A stretch of 64,000 bases of DNA from Clostridia bacterium (GCA_016297915.1 JAEDFU010000005.1:5546-69545), one strand, 5' to 3'. Positions 28,620 through 39,246 are shown, numbered from the stretch's first letter. Notes: generated by a model from the sequence alone, not told the origin. Numbers and translations: made by a program.

Positions 28620-29540
28620 ATGGAAAGATATAATCACTTAAATAAATATTTAATAGAAAAATTTGGCTCTCGTACACTTAAGATTTGTGTTGACGGTGGA
28701 TTTTCTTGCCCTAATAGAGATGGCGTTAAGTCAACCTTCGGATGCATCTTTTGTGGTGGTGGCGCAGGCGAAAACATTGTCGGCAAAAAGTCTGATGTGA
28801 CAGCTTCGATTAAGAGTCAAGTTACACAATTTTTGTCAAGCTATAGAGGTCTTAGGGCGGACAAATTTATTGTGTACTTTCAATCCTTTAGTGGAACTTA
28901 TGCTAATGTGGACACTCTCAAAGTTCGTTACGATACAGCACTCGCCTCAAGCGACAAGATAGTTGGACTGCAAGTTGCAACGAGACCCGACCTTGTAAGC
29001 CTAGAGGTTGTCGATTTGCTTGCCTCATACAAAGACAAATATTATGTGTGTGTCGAACTTGGTTTGCAAACTAAGAGCGATGATATAGGCTCGGACATCA
29101 ATAGATGCTACACAAGTAGTGAATTTGAAAATGCGTGCAAGCTCCTTAAGTCCAAAGGCATAGATGTCGTGGCACACCTAATGGTTGGACTTCCAAATCA
29201 GGATTTGACTGAGGTTTTGAATACTGTGGATTTTTTGAATAGGTGTGGAATAAATGGTCTAAAAATTCACAACACTTATGTGCAAACAAATACTGTGCTT
29301 GCGGATAGATATCTAAGTGGTGAGTATGTTCCAATCACTCAGGAGTATTATGTTGACGCTGTATGTAGAATTTTAGGCAGACTAAACAGTGATATAATTA
29401 TTCACAGAATAACTGCCGACCCGCCCAAAGGTGAGTGCTTGGCTCCGATGTGGTGTACGCACAAAAAATTAGTGCTCAATGCTATCAACAAAAAATTAGA
29501 TGAAATGCAAATATCTCAAGGCTGTGATTTGCAAGATTAA
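28620..29540 (+). CDS. TIGR01212-type radical SAM protein
   Basis: GGFSCPNRDGVKSTFGCIFCG cluster motif; about 306 aa. Confidence 0.75.
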   Translation: MERYNHLNKYLIEKFGSRTLKICVDGGFSCPNRDGVKSTFGCIFCGGGAGENIVGKKSDVTASIKSQVTQFLSSYRGLRADKFIVYFQSFSGTYANVDTLKVRYDTALASSDKIVGLQVATRPDLVSLEVVDLLASYKDKYYVCVELGLQTKSDDIGSDINRCYTSSEFENACKLLKSKGIDVVAHLMVGLPNQDLTEVLNTVDFLNRCGINGLKIHNTYVQTNTVLADRYLSGEYVPITQEYYVDAVCRILGRLNSDIIIHRITADPPKGECLAPMWCTHKKLVLNAINKKLDEMQISQGCDLQD

Positions 29541-29587
29541 AATCGCTCTAGCCTTGATTGAATTTAAAAAAAATTTAGGAGAAAAAG

Positions 29588-30490
29588 ATGAAAAAAATTG
29601 TAATAGTAGGATGTGGAAATGTTGGAATGAGTTATGCATACGCCATGGTTATAAATGGTGTTGCTATAGACGAACTTGTCCTTATAGATATCAACAAAGA
29701 AAAGGCAGATGGCGAGGCGTGCGATTTGAGCCATGCAATGTCTTATGCACCTAAGAACTTCAAAATTTATGCTGGAGATTATAGTGACTGCGAAGATGCG
29801 ACTATAGTTTGTATTTGCGCTGGCAGAAATCAAAATGTCGGAGAGAGTAGAACTGATTTAATCAACAAAAACAAAGTCGTGTTTGAAGATATCATAGGAC
29901 AAATTAACAAAACAGGATTCAATGGAATTTATCTTGTTGCAACCAATCCTCTTGATGTTATGACAGATATAACTTTTAGGCTATCTCAGTTTCCTTCAAA
30001 TAGAGTTATCGGTAGTGGGACTACGCTTGATTCTGCTAGACTTAGATATTTGGTTGGACAAAAAATTGGCATTAGCCCTAAGAGTATCCATGGATATGTT
30101 ATTGGTGAACATGGTGATAGCGAGTTTATCCCTTGGAACAATGTAATGATAGGTTTGGATAGAGCAGACAAATTTTTGACCAAGGAGCAAATGGAGGAGA
30201 TTTCAAACGAAGTTTGCAATAGTGCCTATGAGATAATAGCCAAAAAAGGCAATACAAGTTACGGCATAGGGATGTCTCTTCTCAAGATTACAAATGCAAT
30301 TCTCGACAATCAAAACACAATTGTATCTGTGTCGGCTTACAACAAACTGCACGATTGTTATTTTTCCATTCCTTCGATAGTAAACAAAAATGGCGTCGAA
30401 AAAACGCTATATATTACTCTTACTCCAGATGATGAAAATCGACTAGAAAATTCTATAACCAAAATCAAGAGCGACAAATCCAAATTGTAA
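29588..30490 (+). CDS. ldh: L-lactate dehydrogenase
   Basis: KIVIVGCGNVGMSYAY NAD motif; IGEHGDSE catalytic-His motif; AGGAGAA RBS. Confidence 0.85.
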   Translation: MKKIVIVGCGNVGMSYAYAMVINGVAIDELVLIDINKEKADGEACDLSHAMSYAPKNFKIYAGDYSDCEDATIVCICAGRNQNVGESRTDLINKNKVVFEDIIGQINKTGFNGIYLVATNPLDVMTDITFRLSQFPSNRVIGSGTTLDSARLRYLVGQKIGISPKSIHGYVIGEHGDSEFIPWNNVMIGLDRADKFLTKEQMEEISNEVCNSAYEIIAKKGNTSYGIGMSLLKITNAILDNQNTIVSVSAYNKLHDCYFSIPSIVNKNGVEKTLYITLTPDDENRLENSITKIKSDKSKL

Positions 30491-30562
30491 TTTGGTCAAA
30501 TCCAAATTGTGATTTGGTCAATTCCAAATTGTGATTTGGTCAATTCCAAATTATCTTTGGAC
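30475..30562 (+). repeat. Four tandem 22-bp repeats, each containing the palindrome CCAAAT-N4-ATTTGG; the first unit covers the last ldh codons
   Basis: Units at 30475-30496, 30497-30518, 30519-30540 and 30541-30562 (degenerate): CAAATCCAAATTGTAATTTGGT / CAAATCCAAATTGTGATTTGGT / CAATTCCAAATTGTGATTTGGT / CAATTCCAAATTATCTTTGGAC. Confidence 0.85.
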
Positions 30563-30684
30563 AACTGCAAACAATAATTATCCCCAAACTTTAGTTTTGT
30601 TTTGCAAAATTACTTTTCGGATTGACCGTCTTTTTAAGAAGATAAATTAAAAATAAATATCTTAATTTTAATTAAATTCACCCA

Positions 30685-30709
30685 AATACAGCCTCATCGC
30701 TGTATTTTT
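30685..30709 (+). terminator. Intrinsic terminator (probable ldh terminator)
   Basis: AATACAGC-ctcatc-GCTGTATT followed by TTTTG. Confidence 0.65.
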
Positions 30710-30807
30710 GTTACAAAAATGTAGGTGCTTTTCATATATGTATATATAAATATTTATTTAATATATCTAGATAAATGATTGAAAAAAAATAAGTTTTGGG
30801 GTAAAAT

Positions 30808-31722
30808 ATGAAAGTACAAAGTGTAAGTTTTGGTGTTTTGAAAAAAATAAATAAAGCAGGTCAAACTTACAAAGACTTTGACCTAAAATCCAAGACCACA
30901 ATTTCTATTGGTGGCAGGGCAAAATATTTTGTTCAAATCTGCAAATTAGAGGACTTTTTGAAAGTCATGCTATATTTAAGAGAAACAAAGACCAAATTTT
31001 TTGTGCTTGGAGGGGGCAGTAATATTGTTTTTTCTTCCAATGGCTATAGTGGGGTTGTGATTTCTCTTGAGGGTGATTTGGCTCTAATTGAACAAAATTT
31101 TGATAATATCGAAATGGGTGCAGGGGTAAGACTATCTTGGGCAATTAGATATTGCATGCAAAATTCACTTGGCGGATTTGAGGGGGCAGTAGGAGTTCCG
31201 GCATCAATTGGCGGAGCAACTTACATGAATATGAGTTGCTTTGACTTTGAAATGTCCAAGATTATAAGATATGTAGTGGCTTTTGATTTGACAAAGTTCA
31301 AAATAACATATCTTACCCATGATGATTGTAAATTTGGCTATAGAGCAAGTATTTTCCAAAACAAAAACTACATAATTTTGAGAGTTGGCTTTGAACTTAA
31401 ACATATGGAAAATGCGGATTTGAGACAAAAACTCATAGCCACTCTTCAAAAAAGACTGGACTTACAGCCAAAAGGTCATAGTGCAGGATGTGTGTTCAAA
31501 AAAATTTCTGGCTTGCAAGTGTCCAAAATGCTCGATGAAATAGGTGTCAAAGGCATGTCTATAAAGGATGCTATTGTGTCCGAAAAACACGCAAATTTTG
31601 TAATAAACCAAGCAAACGCAACATCACAAGATGTGCATAATTTAGTAGATGCAATTTCGCAAAAGTTTGAGTCAGTTTATGGCATAAAACTTGAATGTGA
31701 AATAGAATTTATAGGAGAATAA
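30808..31722 (+). CDS. murB: UDP-N-acetylenolpyruvoylglucosamine reductase
   Basis: FAD-binding FVLGGGSNIVF; C-terminal HSAGCVFKK motif. Confidence 0.85.
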   Translation: MKVQSVSFGVLKKINKAGQTYKDFDLKSKTTISIGGRAKYFVQICKLEDFLKVMLYLRETKTKFFVLGGGSNIVFSSNGYSGVVISLEGDLALIEQNFDNIEMGAGVRLSWAIRYCMQNSLGGFEGAVGVPASIGGATYMNMSCFDFEMSKIIRYVVAFDLTKFKITYLTHDDCKFGYRASIFQNKNYIILRVGFELKHMENADLRQKLIATLQKRLDLQPKGHSAGCVFKKISGLQVSKMLDEIGVKGMSIKDAIVSEKHANFVINQANATSQDVHNLVDAISQKFESVYGIKLECEIEFIGE

Positions 31723-31725
31723 TGA

Positions 31726-32457
31726 ATGAAACTTACAGGAGATTTTCATACTCATACAACTTATACTCATGGGACAAGCACTATCGAAGAGAATGTCCGT
31801 CAAGCCGAAAATTTGGGTCTTGAATATTTAGCTATAACCGAACACTCGTATAATTCTATTTATCACATCAAACACGGCGACCTAGACAAAATGAGACAAG
31901 ATATTGCTGATATCAAAGATAAGTACCAAGTCAAAGTATTGCTTGGAATTGAGGCAAATCTCATATCTAGCAAGGGAGATATAGACATAAGTGACGAGGA
32001 ACTAAAATCTTTGGATTTGGTTGTACTTGGATTTCACAAAATGACCAAGGTTAAACCTTGTGAATGGTTTGGGTTTGTTCTTCCAAATATTTTGAGAAAA
32101 AAACCTACAAAAAAGCAAATTGAGAGAAATACAAATGCTTATTTGCAAGCAATTGAGAAACATAGAATAAGCATTATTGCACATTTAAACTACGCAGGTT
32201 GTTATGTCGATTGTGGCAAGATTGCAAGCGTATGTGCAAAAAAAGGCATATATATTGAACTTAATGGCAAGCGAATAAATTTTAGCCGTCAAGATTTTGA
32301 GGCAATGCTCAAAACTGATGTAAAATTTATTATAGATAGCGACGCTCATGATGTGGATAGTGTCGGCAAAAATCACAGAGCTTTTAATCTAATAGAAAAA
32401 TACAAAATCCCACTAGACAGAATAGCAAATTTGGATAGTGTTCCAAAATTTAATTAG
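31726..32457 (+). CDS. PHP-domain phosphoesterase
   Basis: GDFHTHTTYTHG and AITEHS metal-binding motifs. Confidence 0.7.
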   Translation: MKLTGDFHTHTTYTHGTSTIEENVRQAENLGLEYLAITEHSYNSIYHIKHGDLDKMRQDIADIKDKYQVKVLLGIEANLISSKGDIDISDEELKSLDLVVLGFHKMTKVKPCEWFGFVLPNILRKKPTKKQIERNTNAYLQAIEKHRISIIAHLNYAGCYVDCGKIASVCAKKGIYIELNGKRINFSRQDFEAMLKTDVKFIIDSDAHDVDSVGKNHRAFNLIEKYKIPLDRIANLDSVPKFN

Positions 32458-32466
32458 GAGATACGA

Positions 32467-33459
32467 ATGTCATTTGCAAATGATGCAAAACTTGAGGTTT
32501 TAAAGGAAAATATAGAAAACGATTGTTGTTCTATAGCTTTTTTGAGTGCAATACTTAAGTGTTGTGGCGAATTAAGTATTTCGTCTAATCATCAAATCAA
32601 GGTGGAAATCTTTACAGAAATTCCAGAGCTTTTTGATAAAATCAAGAATGTAATAGAGCAGTATTATGGCAAAGAATGCAAAATGACCATGATGGAAAAC
32701 ACCAATATATCCAGGTCAAGCAGATACAAGATTTCTCTGCCTGCAGATATCACCGACCAACTGCTCAAAGACCTTGGCATTATGTCTATAAACGAAGAAG
32801 GTATGCTTACAATTGAGAATGGAATTTCGGACTTTATTATAATGGATGATTGTTGCAAGCGCAGTTATGTCAAAGGCGCATTTGTAGCGTGTGCGACAAG
32901 CAATATTGTTATCAAAAATTACAACAACGATAGAGGCAGTGGCTATCATCTAGAATTTGTGTTTAACTTCGAAAAGATTGCTGAGGACTTTGTAAATCTT
33001 CTCAAAAACTTTGATATTCAAGCCAAGATTACTATCAGAAAAAATACCCCTATAGTCTACATCAAAGAGTATCAATTAATCTGCGATACGCTAGCGTTAG
33101 TTGGAGCAAATAAGGCGGTTTTGGATTTGCAAAACGAGGCGGCCATAAGAGAACTTAGAAACAATGTTAATAGACAAAATAACTGCCTCAATGCCAATCT
33201 TAATAAGACGGTTAATGCATCTGTCAAACAACTAAACGCTATCAAAAATATTCAAGAAAATATTGGGCTTGAGAGCCTAAACGAAAATCTAATGGAACTA
33301 GCACTACTAAGACTTGCTAATCCTGAGGCCTCGCTCGAAGAACTCAAAAAACTTTGCACCGAGCCTTTGACCAAGAGTGGAATCAATCATAGATTTTCCA
33401 AAATTATTGAGATTTCGGACAAAATTACAAAGGACAAATTCAAAATTACTACACTTTAA
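32467..33459 (+). CDS. whiA: DNA-binding protein WhiA
   Basis: MSFANDAKLEV N-terminus, LAGLIDADG-like middle region and a C-terminal HTH (KSGINHRFSKI). Confidence 0.8.
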   Translation: MSFANDAKLEVLKENIENDCCSIAFLSAILKCCGELSISSNHQIKVEIFTEIPELFDKIKNVIEQYYGKECKMTMMENTNISRSSRYKISLPADITDQLLKDLGIMSINEEGMLTIENGISDFIIMDDCCKRSYVKGAFVACATSNIVIKNYNNDRGSGYHLEFVFNFEKIAEDFVNLLKNFDIQAKITIRKNTPIVYIKEYQLICDTLALVGANKAVLDLQNEAAIRELRNNVNRQNNCLNANLNKTVNASVKQLNAIKNIQENIGLESLNENLMELALLRLANPEASLEELKKLCTEPLTKSGINHRFSKIIEISDKITKDKFKITTL

Positions 33460-33476
33460 AAAAATTAGGAGACGCT

Positions 33477-36400
33477 ATGGAAAACTTTGTGCATCTACAT
33501 GTACACACTGAATATAGTTTGCTTGACGGAGCAGCACGAATAGACAAAGTTGTCAAGGTTGCCAAGGAAATGGGAATGCCTGCACTTGCAATTACAGACC
33601 ACGGCAATATGTATGGTGCTGTTGCATTTTATGACGCTTGTTGTGCACAAGGAATCAAGGCGATTATTGGATGCGAATTTTATACATGCGACGATTTGAC
33701 AGTCAAGTCTGGCAAGATTAAACTCAATCACTTAGTTTTGCTTGCTAAGGACGAAGTTGGATATCACAATCTCTGTATGCTCAATTCAATTGCATTTGAT
33801 AAGGGATTTTATTACAAGCCTCGTATAGATAGAGAAACCCTAAAAAAATACAGTGAGGGGTTAGTTTGCTTGAGTGCGTGTTTGGCTGGTGAAATTCCAC
33901 AAGCGATACTCAACAGAAGATATGATGAGGCAGAGGAAATTGTTAAGTGGTTTAAGGATGTTTTCAAAGACGATTTTTATTTGGAACTCCAAAATCACAA
34001 ACTTGAAGAACAAATCGAAGTCAACAAATCACTAAGAGAGTTTGCCAAAAAGTATAATATCAAAACAGTTGCAACAAACGATGTGCATTATATTTACAAA
34101 GAGGATGCTGTCACTCAAGATGTTTTGATGTGCGTTCAGATGAGCAAAACAATTGACGATCCAGATAGAATGAAGTTTCCAAACGACGAGTTTTATCTTA
34201 AGAGTCCAGAGGAAATGGCAAAAGCCTTTCCAAATGATCCAGAAGCGCTCGCAACTACACTTGAAATAGCCGACAAATGTAATTTTAACTTTGTATATGG
34301 TCACTATATGTATCCTAAATATGTCCCAGTTACTGGTCAAGATCCAAAGGACTACTTTAGGGATTTGATTGAGGCTGGACTCAAGAAAAAGTACAAAGTC
34401 GAGACCCCAGAGATAAGAGAGCGAATTGAGTATGAATTAGGCGTTATATCCAAACTTGGATATATCGAGTATTATCTAATAGTTTGGGACTATATCAATG
34501 CGGCCAGAGTCAAAGGTATATCGGTAGGACCAGGTCGTGGTAGTGGTGTTGGTAGTATAATTGCTTACCTTATTGGAATTACAGATGTAGACCCAATCAA
34601 ATACGGTCTATTCTTTGAGAGATTTTTAAATCCAGAAAGAGTATCTGCACCAGACTTTGATGTCGACTTTGAAGATAGTAGGCGTTCCGAAGTATTTGAA
34701 TATGTCAAGGAAAAATACGGCACAGATAGGGTTGTTAAGATTATAACATTTGGAACAATGGCAGCCAAGAACGCAATCAAGGATGTAGGAAGAGTTTTGA
34801 AAGTTCCTTATAGCGAACTTGACCAAGTAACCAAGGCTATTCCTAATACGGTTAAGCGTCCAAATATTATAGCCAAAGTCTTTGGCATCAACAAAAAAGA
34901 AGGCGTGCCAGACGAAAGTATCCCAGAACTTGTTGAGATGTATAATACAAATGATGATATCAAAAAAGTCGTTGATATTGCATACAAACTCGAAGATAGT
35001 CCAAGACAAACAGGTATCCACGCATGCGGAGTTATTATCGGTGGAGATGTCCTAGATAGACACATTCCGCTTGCCAAAAACGGAGATATCCTAACAAGTC
35101 AATATGTTGGTGGCGAGCTAGAGCATTTGGGACTGCTCAAAATGGACTTTTTGGGACTAAGAAACTTATCCGATATTAAGATGGCTATTGAACTTATCAG
35201 ACAAAATCACGGCGTTACTATCAACTTTGACGACATGGAATATGACGATGCCGATGTTTACAAGATGATATCTACTGGCAATACTATGGCAGTGTTCCAA
35301 TTAGAATCAGGTGGATTTCAAAAGTTTATGAGAGAACTCCAACCGACCTGTCTAGAAGATATTATAGCGGGAGTGTCGCTATATAGACCAGGTCCAATGG
35401 ATAGTATTCCAACCTTTGTCAAAAACAAACACAATCCAGACGAGATTCAATATGTAAGCCCACTTCTCGAGCCTATTTTGGAAGTAACTTACGGCTGTAT
35501 TGTTTATCAAGAGCAGGTTATGAAAATCGTTCAGGTTTTGGCTGGTTATACTCTTGGTAGAGCGGATAGTGTGCGTAAGATGATGGGAAAAAAGAAACTC
35601 AAGGACTTGAAACTTGAGAGAGAAGTATTTCTAAATGGTTGCGAACCCCAAAATGGCAAAGCGGGAGTTGAGGGTGCAGTTAAACGAGGTCTTGACCCAG
35701 ATGTTGCCAATAAACTTTGGGACGAAATGGAGAAGTTTGGATCTTATGCGTTCAACAAATCTCACGCTGCAGCATACGCTCATGTAACCTATCAAACTGC
35801 ATATCTTAAGTGCCATTATGAGGCAGAATTTTTGACTGCAGTACTTAATAATAGAATTACAAATGCCGATGAAATAACCAATTATATAACATATGCTAGA
35901 GAGGAAAAAATCGAGGTTTTGCCTCCAGATATCAATCTATCGGACACATACTTTACTGTCAAAGACAACAAAATAAGATTTGGACTTGCCGCACTCAAAA
36001 ATGTTGGTGTCAATGTCGTTGAACAGATTATAAACGAGCGAAAGACAAATGGAAATTACAAAGACCTTAATGACTTTGTAAATAGGCTTGATTCACAGCT
36101 TCTCAACAAGCGTTGCGTAGAGAGTATGATTTTGTCAGGTGCGTTTGATTGCTTTGGCGTTAAGCGTAGCCAAATGATGCGTGTTTATCCACAGATTATC
36201 GAAAAAGTTGTATCTGATCGAAAAAAACAAGCGACTGGTCAGTTTAGTATGTTTGGTGATGTGCTCAAAGATGATGCTGTCAATATTATATCTATGCCAA
36301 ATATTCCAGAGTACGATGATCAGACCAAACTAAAGCTTGAAAAAGAAGTTGTAGGAATATACATTTCTGGACACCCTCTTGGAAACTATGTTGACATGTT

Positions 36401-37022
36401 TAAGTCATTTAACTTTAATGGTGGCATGCTCAAGGTTGAGAGTGAGGTGGATGAAGAGGGCGAGGAACAAAACGAGACAGATAAGTACGACGGACTACAG
36501 GATAACATGGAAGTAACTTGTGGCGGACTTATTGCTGAGATTAAAAAAGTCTATAGCAAAAAAGACGGTTCCGAAATGGCAATAATCAAAGTCGAGGACT
36601 TGCATGGAACTTTTGATGCAATGCTATTTGGACGAAATTATGCAAATAATAAGTCAATGCTCGAGGTTGACAAGATTGTCACAATCAAAGGTAAATTATC
36701 TATAAACGATAGAGGTGTTTGTGTTAGAGTAGATAATATCTCTGGGATTACAAATGATGTAGTGGCTAGTCCAACTCAAGAACTTCCAAAAGTGGAGAAA
36801 AAGAGAGAACCAACTCTATATTTAATGTATGATTTGACCGACAAACAACTATCTGATGATGTATTTGATTTGCTCAAAAATTATCCGGGAGATAGTCCGG
36901 TTGTAGTTAAATGTAGCAAACAAAAACAAGCGTTTAAGCTCAAAATAACTGTTAATCCAAAGGGATTTTTGATAAACGAACTTCATGCGTATATAGATGA
37001 TGATTATATAAAAGTGATTTAA
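33477..37022 (+). CDS. dnaE: DNA polymerase III alpha subunit (DnaE type)
   Basis: FVHLHVHTEYSLLDGA PHP motif; about 1181 aa; C-terminal OB fold. Confidence 0.9.
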   Translation: MENFVHLHVHTEYSLLDGAARIDKVVKVAKEMGMPALAITDHGNMYGAVAFYDACCAQGIKAIIGCEFYTCDDLTVKSGKIKLNHLVLLAKDEVGYHNLCMLNSIAFDKGFYYKPRIDRETLKKYSEGLVCLSACLAGEIPQAILNRRYDEAEEIVKWFKDVFKDDFYLELQNHKLEEQIEVNKSLREFAKKYNIKTVATNDVHYIYKEDAVTQDVLMCVQMSKTIDDPDRMKFPNDEFYLKSPEEMAKAFPNDPEALATTLEIADKCNFNFVYGHYMYPKYVPVTGQDPKDYFRDLIEAGLKKKYKVETPEIRERIEYELGVISKLGYIEYYLIVWDYINAARVKGISVGPGRGSGVGSIIAYLIGITDVDPIKYGLFFERFLNPERVSAPDFDVDFEDSRRSEVFEYVKEKYGTDRVVKIITFGTMAAKNAIKDVGRVLKVPYSELDQVTKAIPNTVKRPNIIAKVFGINKKEGVPDESIPELVEMYNTNDDIKKVVDIAYKLEDSPRQTGIHACGVIIGGDVLDRHIPLAKNGDILTSQYVGGELEHLGLLKMDFLGLRNLSDIKMAIELIRQNHGVTINFDDMEYDDADVYKMISTGNTMAVFQLESGGFQKFMRELQPTCLEDIIAGVSLYRPGPMDSIPTFVKNKHNPDEIQYVSPLLEPILEVTYGCIVYQEQVMKIVQVLAGYTLGRADSVRKMMGKKKLKDLKLEREVFLNGCEPQNGKAGVEGAVKRGLDPDVANKLWDEMEKFGSYAFNKSHAAAYAHVTYQTAYLKCHYEAEFLTAVLNNRITNADEITNYITYAREEKIEVLPPDINLSDTYFTVKDNKIRFGLAALKNVGVNVVEQIINERKTNGNYKDLNDFVNRLDSQLLNKRCVESMILSGAFDCFGVKRSQMMRVYPQIIEKVVSDRKKQATGQFSMFGDVLKDDAVNIISMPNIPEYDDQTKLKLEKEVVGIYISGHPLGNYVDMFKSFNFNGGMLKVESEVDEEGEEQNETDKYDGLQDNMEVTCGGLIAEIKKVYSKKDGSEMAIIKVEDLHGTFDAMLFGRNYANNKSMLEVDKIVTIKGKLSINDRGVCVRVDNISGITNDVVASPTQELPKVEKKREPTLYLMYDLTDKQLSDDVFDLLKNYPGDSPVVVKCSKQKQAFKLKITVNPKGFLINELHAYIDDDYIKVI

Positions 37023-37039
37023 AAAAAAGGAATGATAAT

Positions 37040-38014
37040 ATGAAAAGAATTGCTGTTTTGTGTAGTGGCGGCGATAGCCAGGGAATGAACGCTTGTATCA
37101 AGGCAATAGTAGATACTTGTGCGTCAAATAATGTCACCGTTTTGGGAATAAATAGAGGCTATCAAGGACTAATTGAAAACGATGTTAGAGTACTATCCAA
37201 GCTTGATGTTGCCAATATCGAAACTATTGGTGGTGCGGTTATCAAGACTAGCCGAAGCGAAGAGTTTATGACCGAAAAGGGTTTTCGAAAAGCTATTGAA
37301 AACTTGAAAATGAATGACATTGAGGGACTTGTAGTGATTGGTGGAAATGGGTCTTTTAGAGGATGTAGAGACCTTGTTAATGCTGGTGTGAATGTAATAG
37401 GAATCCCAGGCACTATTGACAATGATTTGTTTTATACAGAGAGATCTTTGGGATTTGATACAGCCGTTCACCAATGTGTTAAGATGATAACTGCTGTCAA
37501 ACAAACTATGTTTGCAAATAATAGAGCGTCTGTATACAAATGTATGGGTCGAAAATGTGGAGATATAGCTCTCCACACAGCTGTGTCAGTTGAGGCTGAT
37601 TCATTTGCTGTAAGTGAAATTGAATATTCAATTGACCAAATTGTAAGCGATGTCAAAAATTCTATCGCTCATGGCGAGACTGCTCCAGTTGTTGTTATGT
37701 CAGAGGGGTCGCCTCTTGATATGGATGAGATTGTAAGAGCAATCGAGACTCAAACCGGTTTGGTTACAAGAGGAATGGAAATAGGTTATATCCAGAGAGG
37801 TGGAGAGCCAACTTACTACGATAGAATGTTGGGTGTTCGTTGGGGTGTTTTGGCTGTTCAACTGCTTATGCAAGATATGACTAACTTGGCTTTGGGTGTC
37901 AAAAATGACAAGATATTTTCAACTCCACTAATCGAAGTTGAGAATGTTTTGCAAGAGTTTAGAGTGGACATGGTCAACGACCTCAGAACTCTACATGCAT
38001 TGCCAAAAATTTAA
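37040..38014 (+). CDS. pfkA: ATP-dependent 6-phosphofructokinase
   Basis: RIAVLCSGGDSQGMNA, GGNGSFRG and PGTIDND motifs. Confidence 0.9.
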   Translation: MKRIAVLCSGGDSQGMNACIKAIVDTCASNNVTVLGINRGYQGLIENDVRVLSKLDVANIETIGGAVIKTSRSEEFMTEKGFRKAIENLKMNDIEGLVVIGGNGSFRGCRDLVNAGVNVIGIPGTIDNDLFYTERSLGFDTAVHQCVKMITAVKQTMFANNRASVYKCMGRKCGDIALHTAVSVEADSFAVSEIEYSIDQIVSDVKNSIAHGETAPVVVMSEGSPLDMDEIVRAIETQTGLVTRGMEIGYIQRGGEPTYYDRMLGVRWGVLAVQLLMQDMTNLALGVKNDKIFSTPLIEVENVLQEFRVDMVNDLRTLHALPKI

Positions 38015-38092
38015 TCCTTTTCAAAAAATAGTTGGCGTAGTTGAATTTTTGTGTTACACTAAGGTTAATAATAAATTATACAGGATGAGAAT

Positions 38093-38623
38093 ATGGTAGA
38101 AATTTTGAAATATAATGATGATGATCTCAAAGATAATGAGATTGATCAAGTAGTCACTAGGGTCAAGGCTTTTATTGTTTCAAGCAAAAACAATATGCTT
38201 ATCGGCAAAGACGAAGAGGGATATCAGTTGCTTGGGGGATATGTTGATGACAATGAGGATTACAAAAACTCAATTGCAAGACATATCTACAACGAGACAG
38301 GAATTGTGCTTGATAGCAAAGACTCAATTGAGCCTTTCTTTGAGGTAAGATATTACAATAGAGATTACAAGGGCTCTAAGCAAAATAGACTTAGCGATAT
38401 GATTTACTTTTTGGTCAAAACCGACAAACTTCCTAACTACAAAAAGTTAAAATTGTCCGAAAGAGAATTGGCAGAAAAATTGCCAATTGAGGTTATTCGT
38501 CGTAGTATTTTTCACAAAACGCTCAAAGAATACTCTGAGACTGAGACCAATCCTTTGATTCAAGTTAAGACCAAGGAAATTCTTTTGGCTTTTGACAAAA
38601 TGAAAGAAATTTATAAATTCTAA
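38093..38623 (+). CDS. NUDIX-fold protein with degenerate Nudix box
   Basis: GGYVDDNEDYKNSIARHIYNETGI aligns to GX5EX7REUXEEXGU, but REx2EE reads RHx2NE. Confidence 0.55.
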   Translation: MVEILKYNDDDLKDNEIDQVVTRVKAFIVSSKNNMLIGKDEEGYQLLGGYVDDNEDYKNSIARHIYNETGIVLDSKDSIEPFFEVRYYNRDYKGSKQNRLSDMIYFLVKTDKLPNYKKLKLSERELAEKLPIEVIRRSIFHKTLKEYSETETNPLIQVKTKEILLAFDKMKEIYKF

Positions 38624-38624
38624 C

Positions 38625-38657
38625 AAAAAACCTTAATCAATTCGATTAAGGTTTTTT
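38625..38657. terminator. Bidirectional intrinsic terminator
   Basis: CCTTAATC-aattc-GATTAAGG flanked by A6 and T6. Confidence 0.75.
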
Positions 38658-38658
38658 G

Positions 38659-39246
38659 TTATCTGTGAAAACTCTTTGGCTTCAAAAATGCCCAAATACT
38701 GAGTGCAACTTGAATAGGAATTCCTACTACAAAAACAAGCCACATGTTGTACTCGATAAATTGTAAATAAAAACATGCAAGCAATGACCACTGAAACACC
38801 GAGAGAATAACAAATTTCCAAATGTATTTTCCCCAATAAGCGTTAAATGGATACAAGACCAAGCACGAAACAGGCACAGCCCATACAAATACTATCCATA
38901 GATTAATATTGAATATGACTTTGCCATAAACAAATGTAATCGTAGCAACGAGCCAAACAAGAGACATAAAAAGTAGGATTATTGCTAATTTATTTCGCAA
39001 TATTTTTTTGTCTTGTTTTTCGCTAACACCAAGAGCATTATCCTCTATCAAAGAGGATAGTGGAACATCAAAATACTTGGCAATTTGATCGAGGGTCTCA
39101 ATTGATGGCGTTACTTCGCCTCGTTCCCACCTTGATATTGCATTATCCGAATAATTAAGTTTTTCTGCAAGTTCATTTTGAGTGAGCTTGTGTTTTTTTC
39201 TGAGTTTAATTAAATTGTTTGCAATAATGTCTTTGATATCGTTCAT
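38659..39246 (-). CDS. Membrane-anchored XRE-family HTH regulator (paralog of 5544-6131)
   Basis: NLIKLRKKHKLTQNELAEKLNYSDNAISRWERGE, then four hydrophobic helices. Same architecture and similar sequence to the 5544 gene. Confidence 0.75.
   Translation of the reverse strand: MNDIKDIIANNLIKLRKKHKLTQNELAEKLNYSDNAISRWERGEVTPSIETLDQIAKYFDVPLSSLIEDNALGVSEKQDKKILRNKLAIILLFMSLVWLVATITFVYGKVIFNINLWIVFVWAVPVSCLVLYPFNAYWGKYIWKFVILSVFQWSLLACFYLQFIEYNMWLVFVVGIPIQVALSIWAFLKPKSFHR

Noticed and set aside
30475-30562. CRISPR array or Rex operator interpretation of the 22-bp repeats after ldh.
   Set aside because: The repeats are directly adjacent with no spacers and no cas genes. The Rex consensus TTGTGAA-N4-TTCACAA is not matched, because TGTGA has no inverted TCACA partner.
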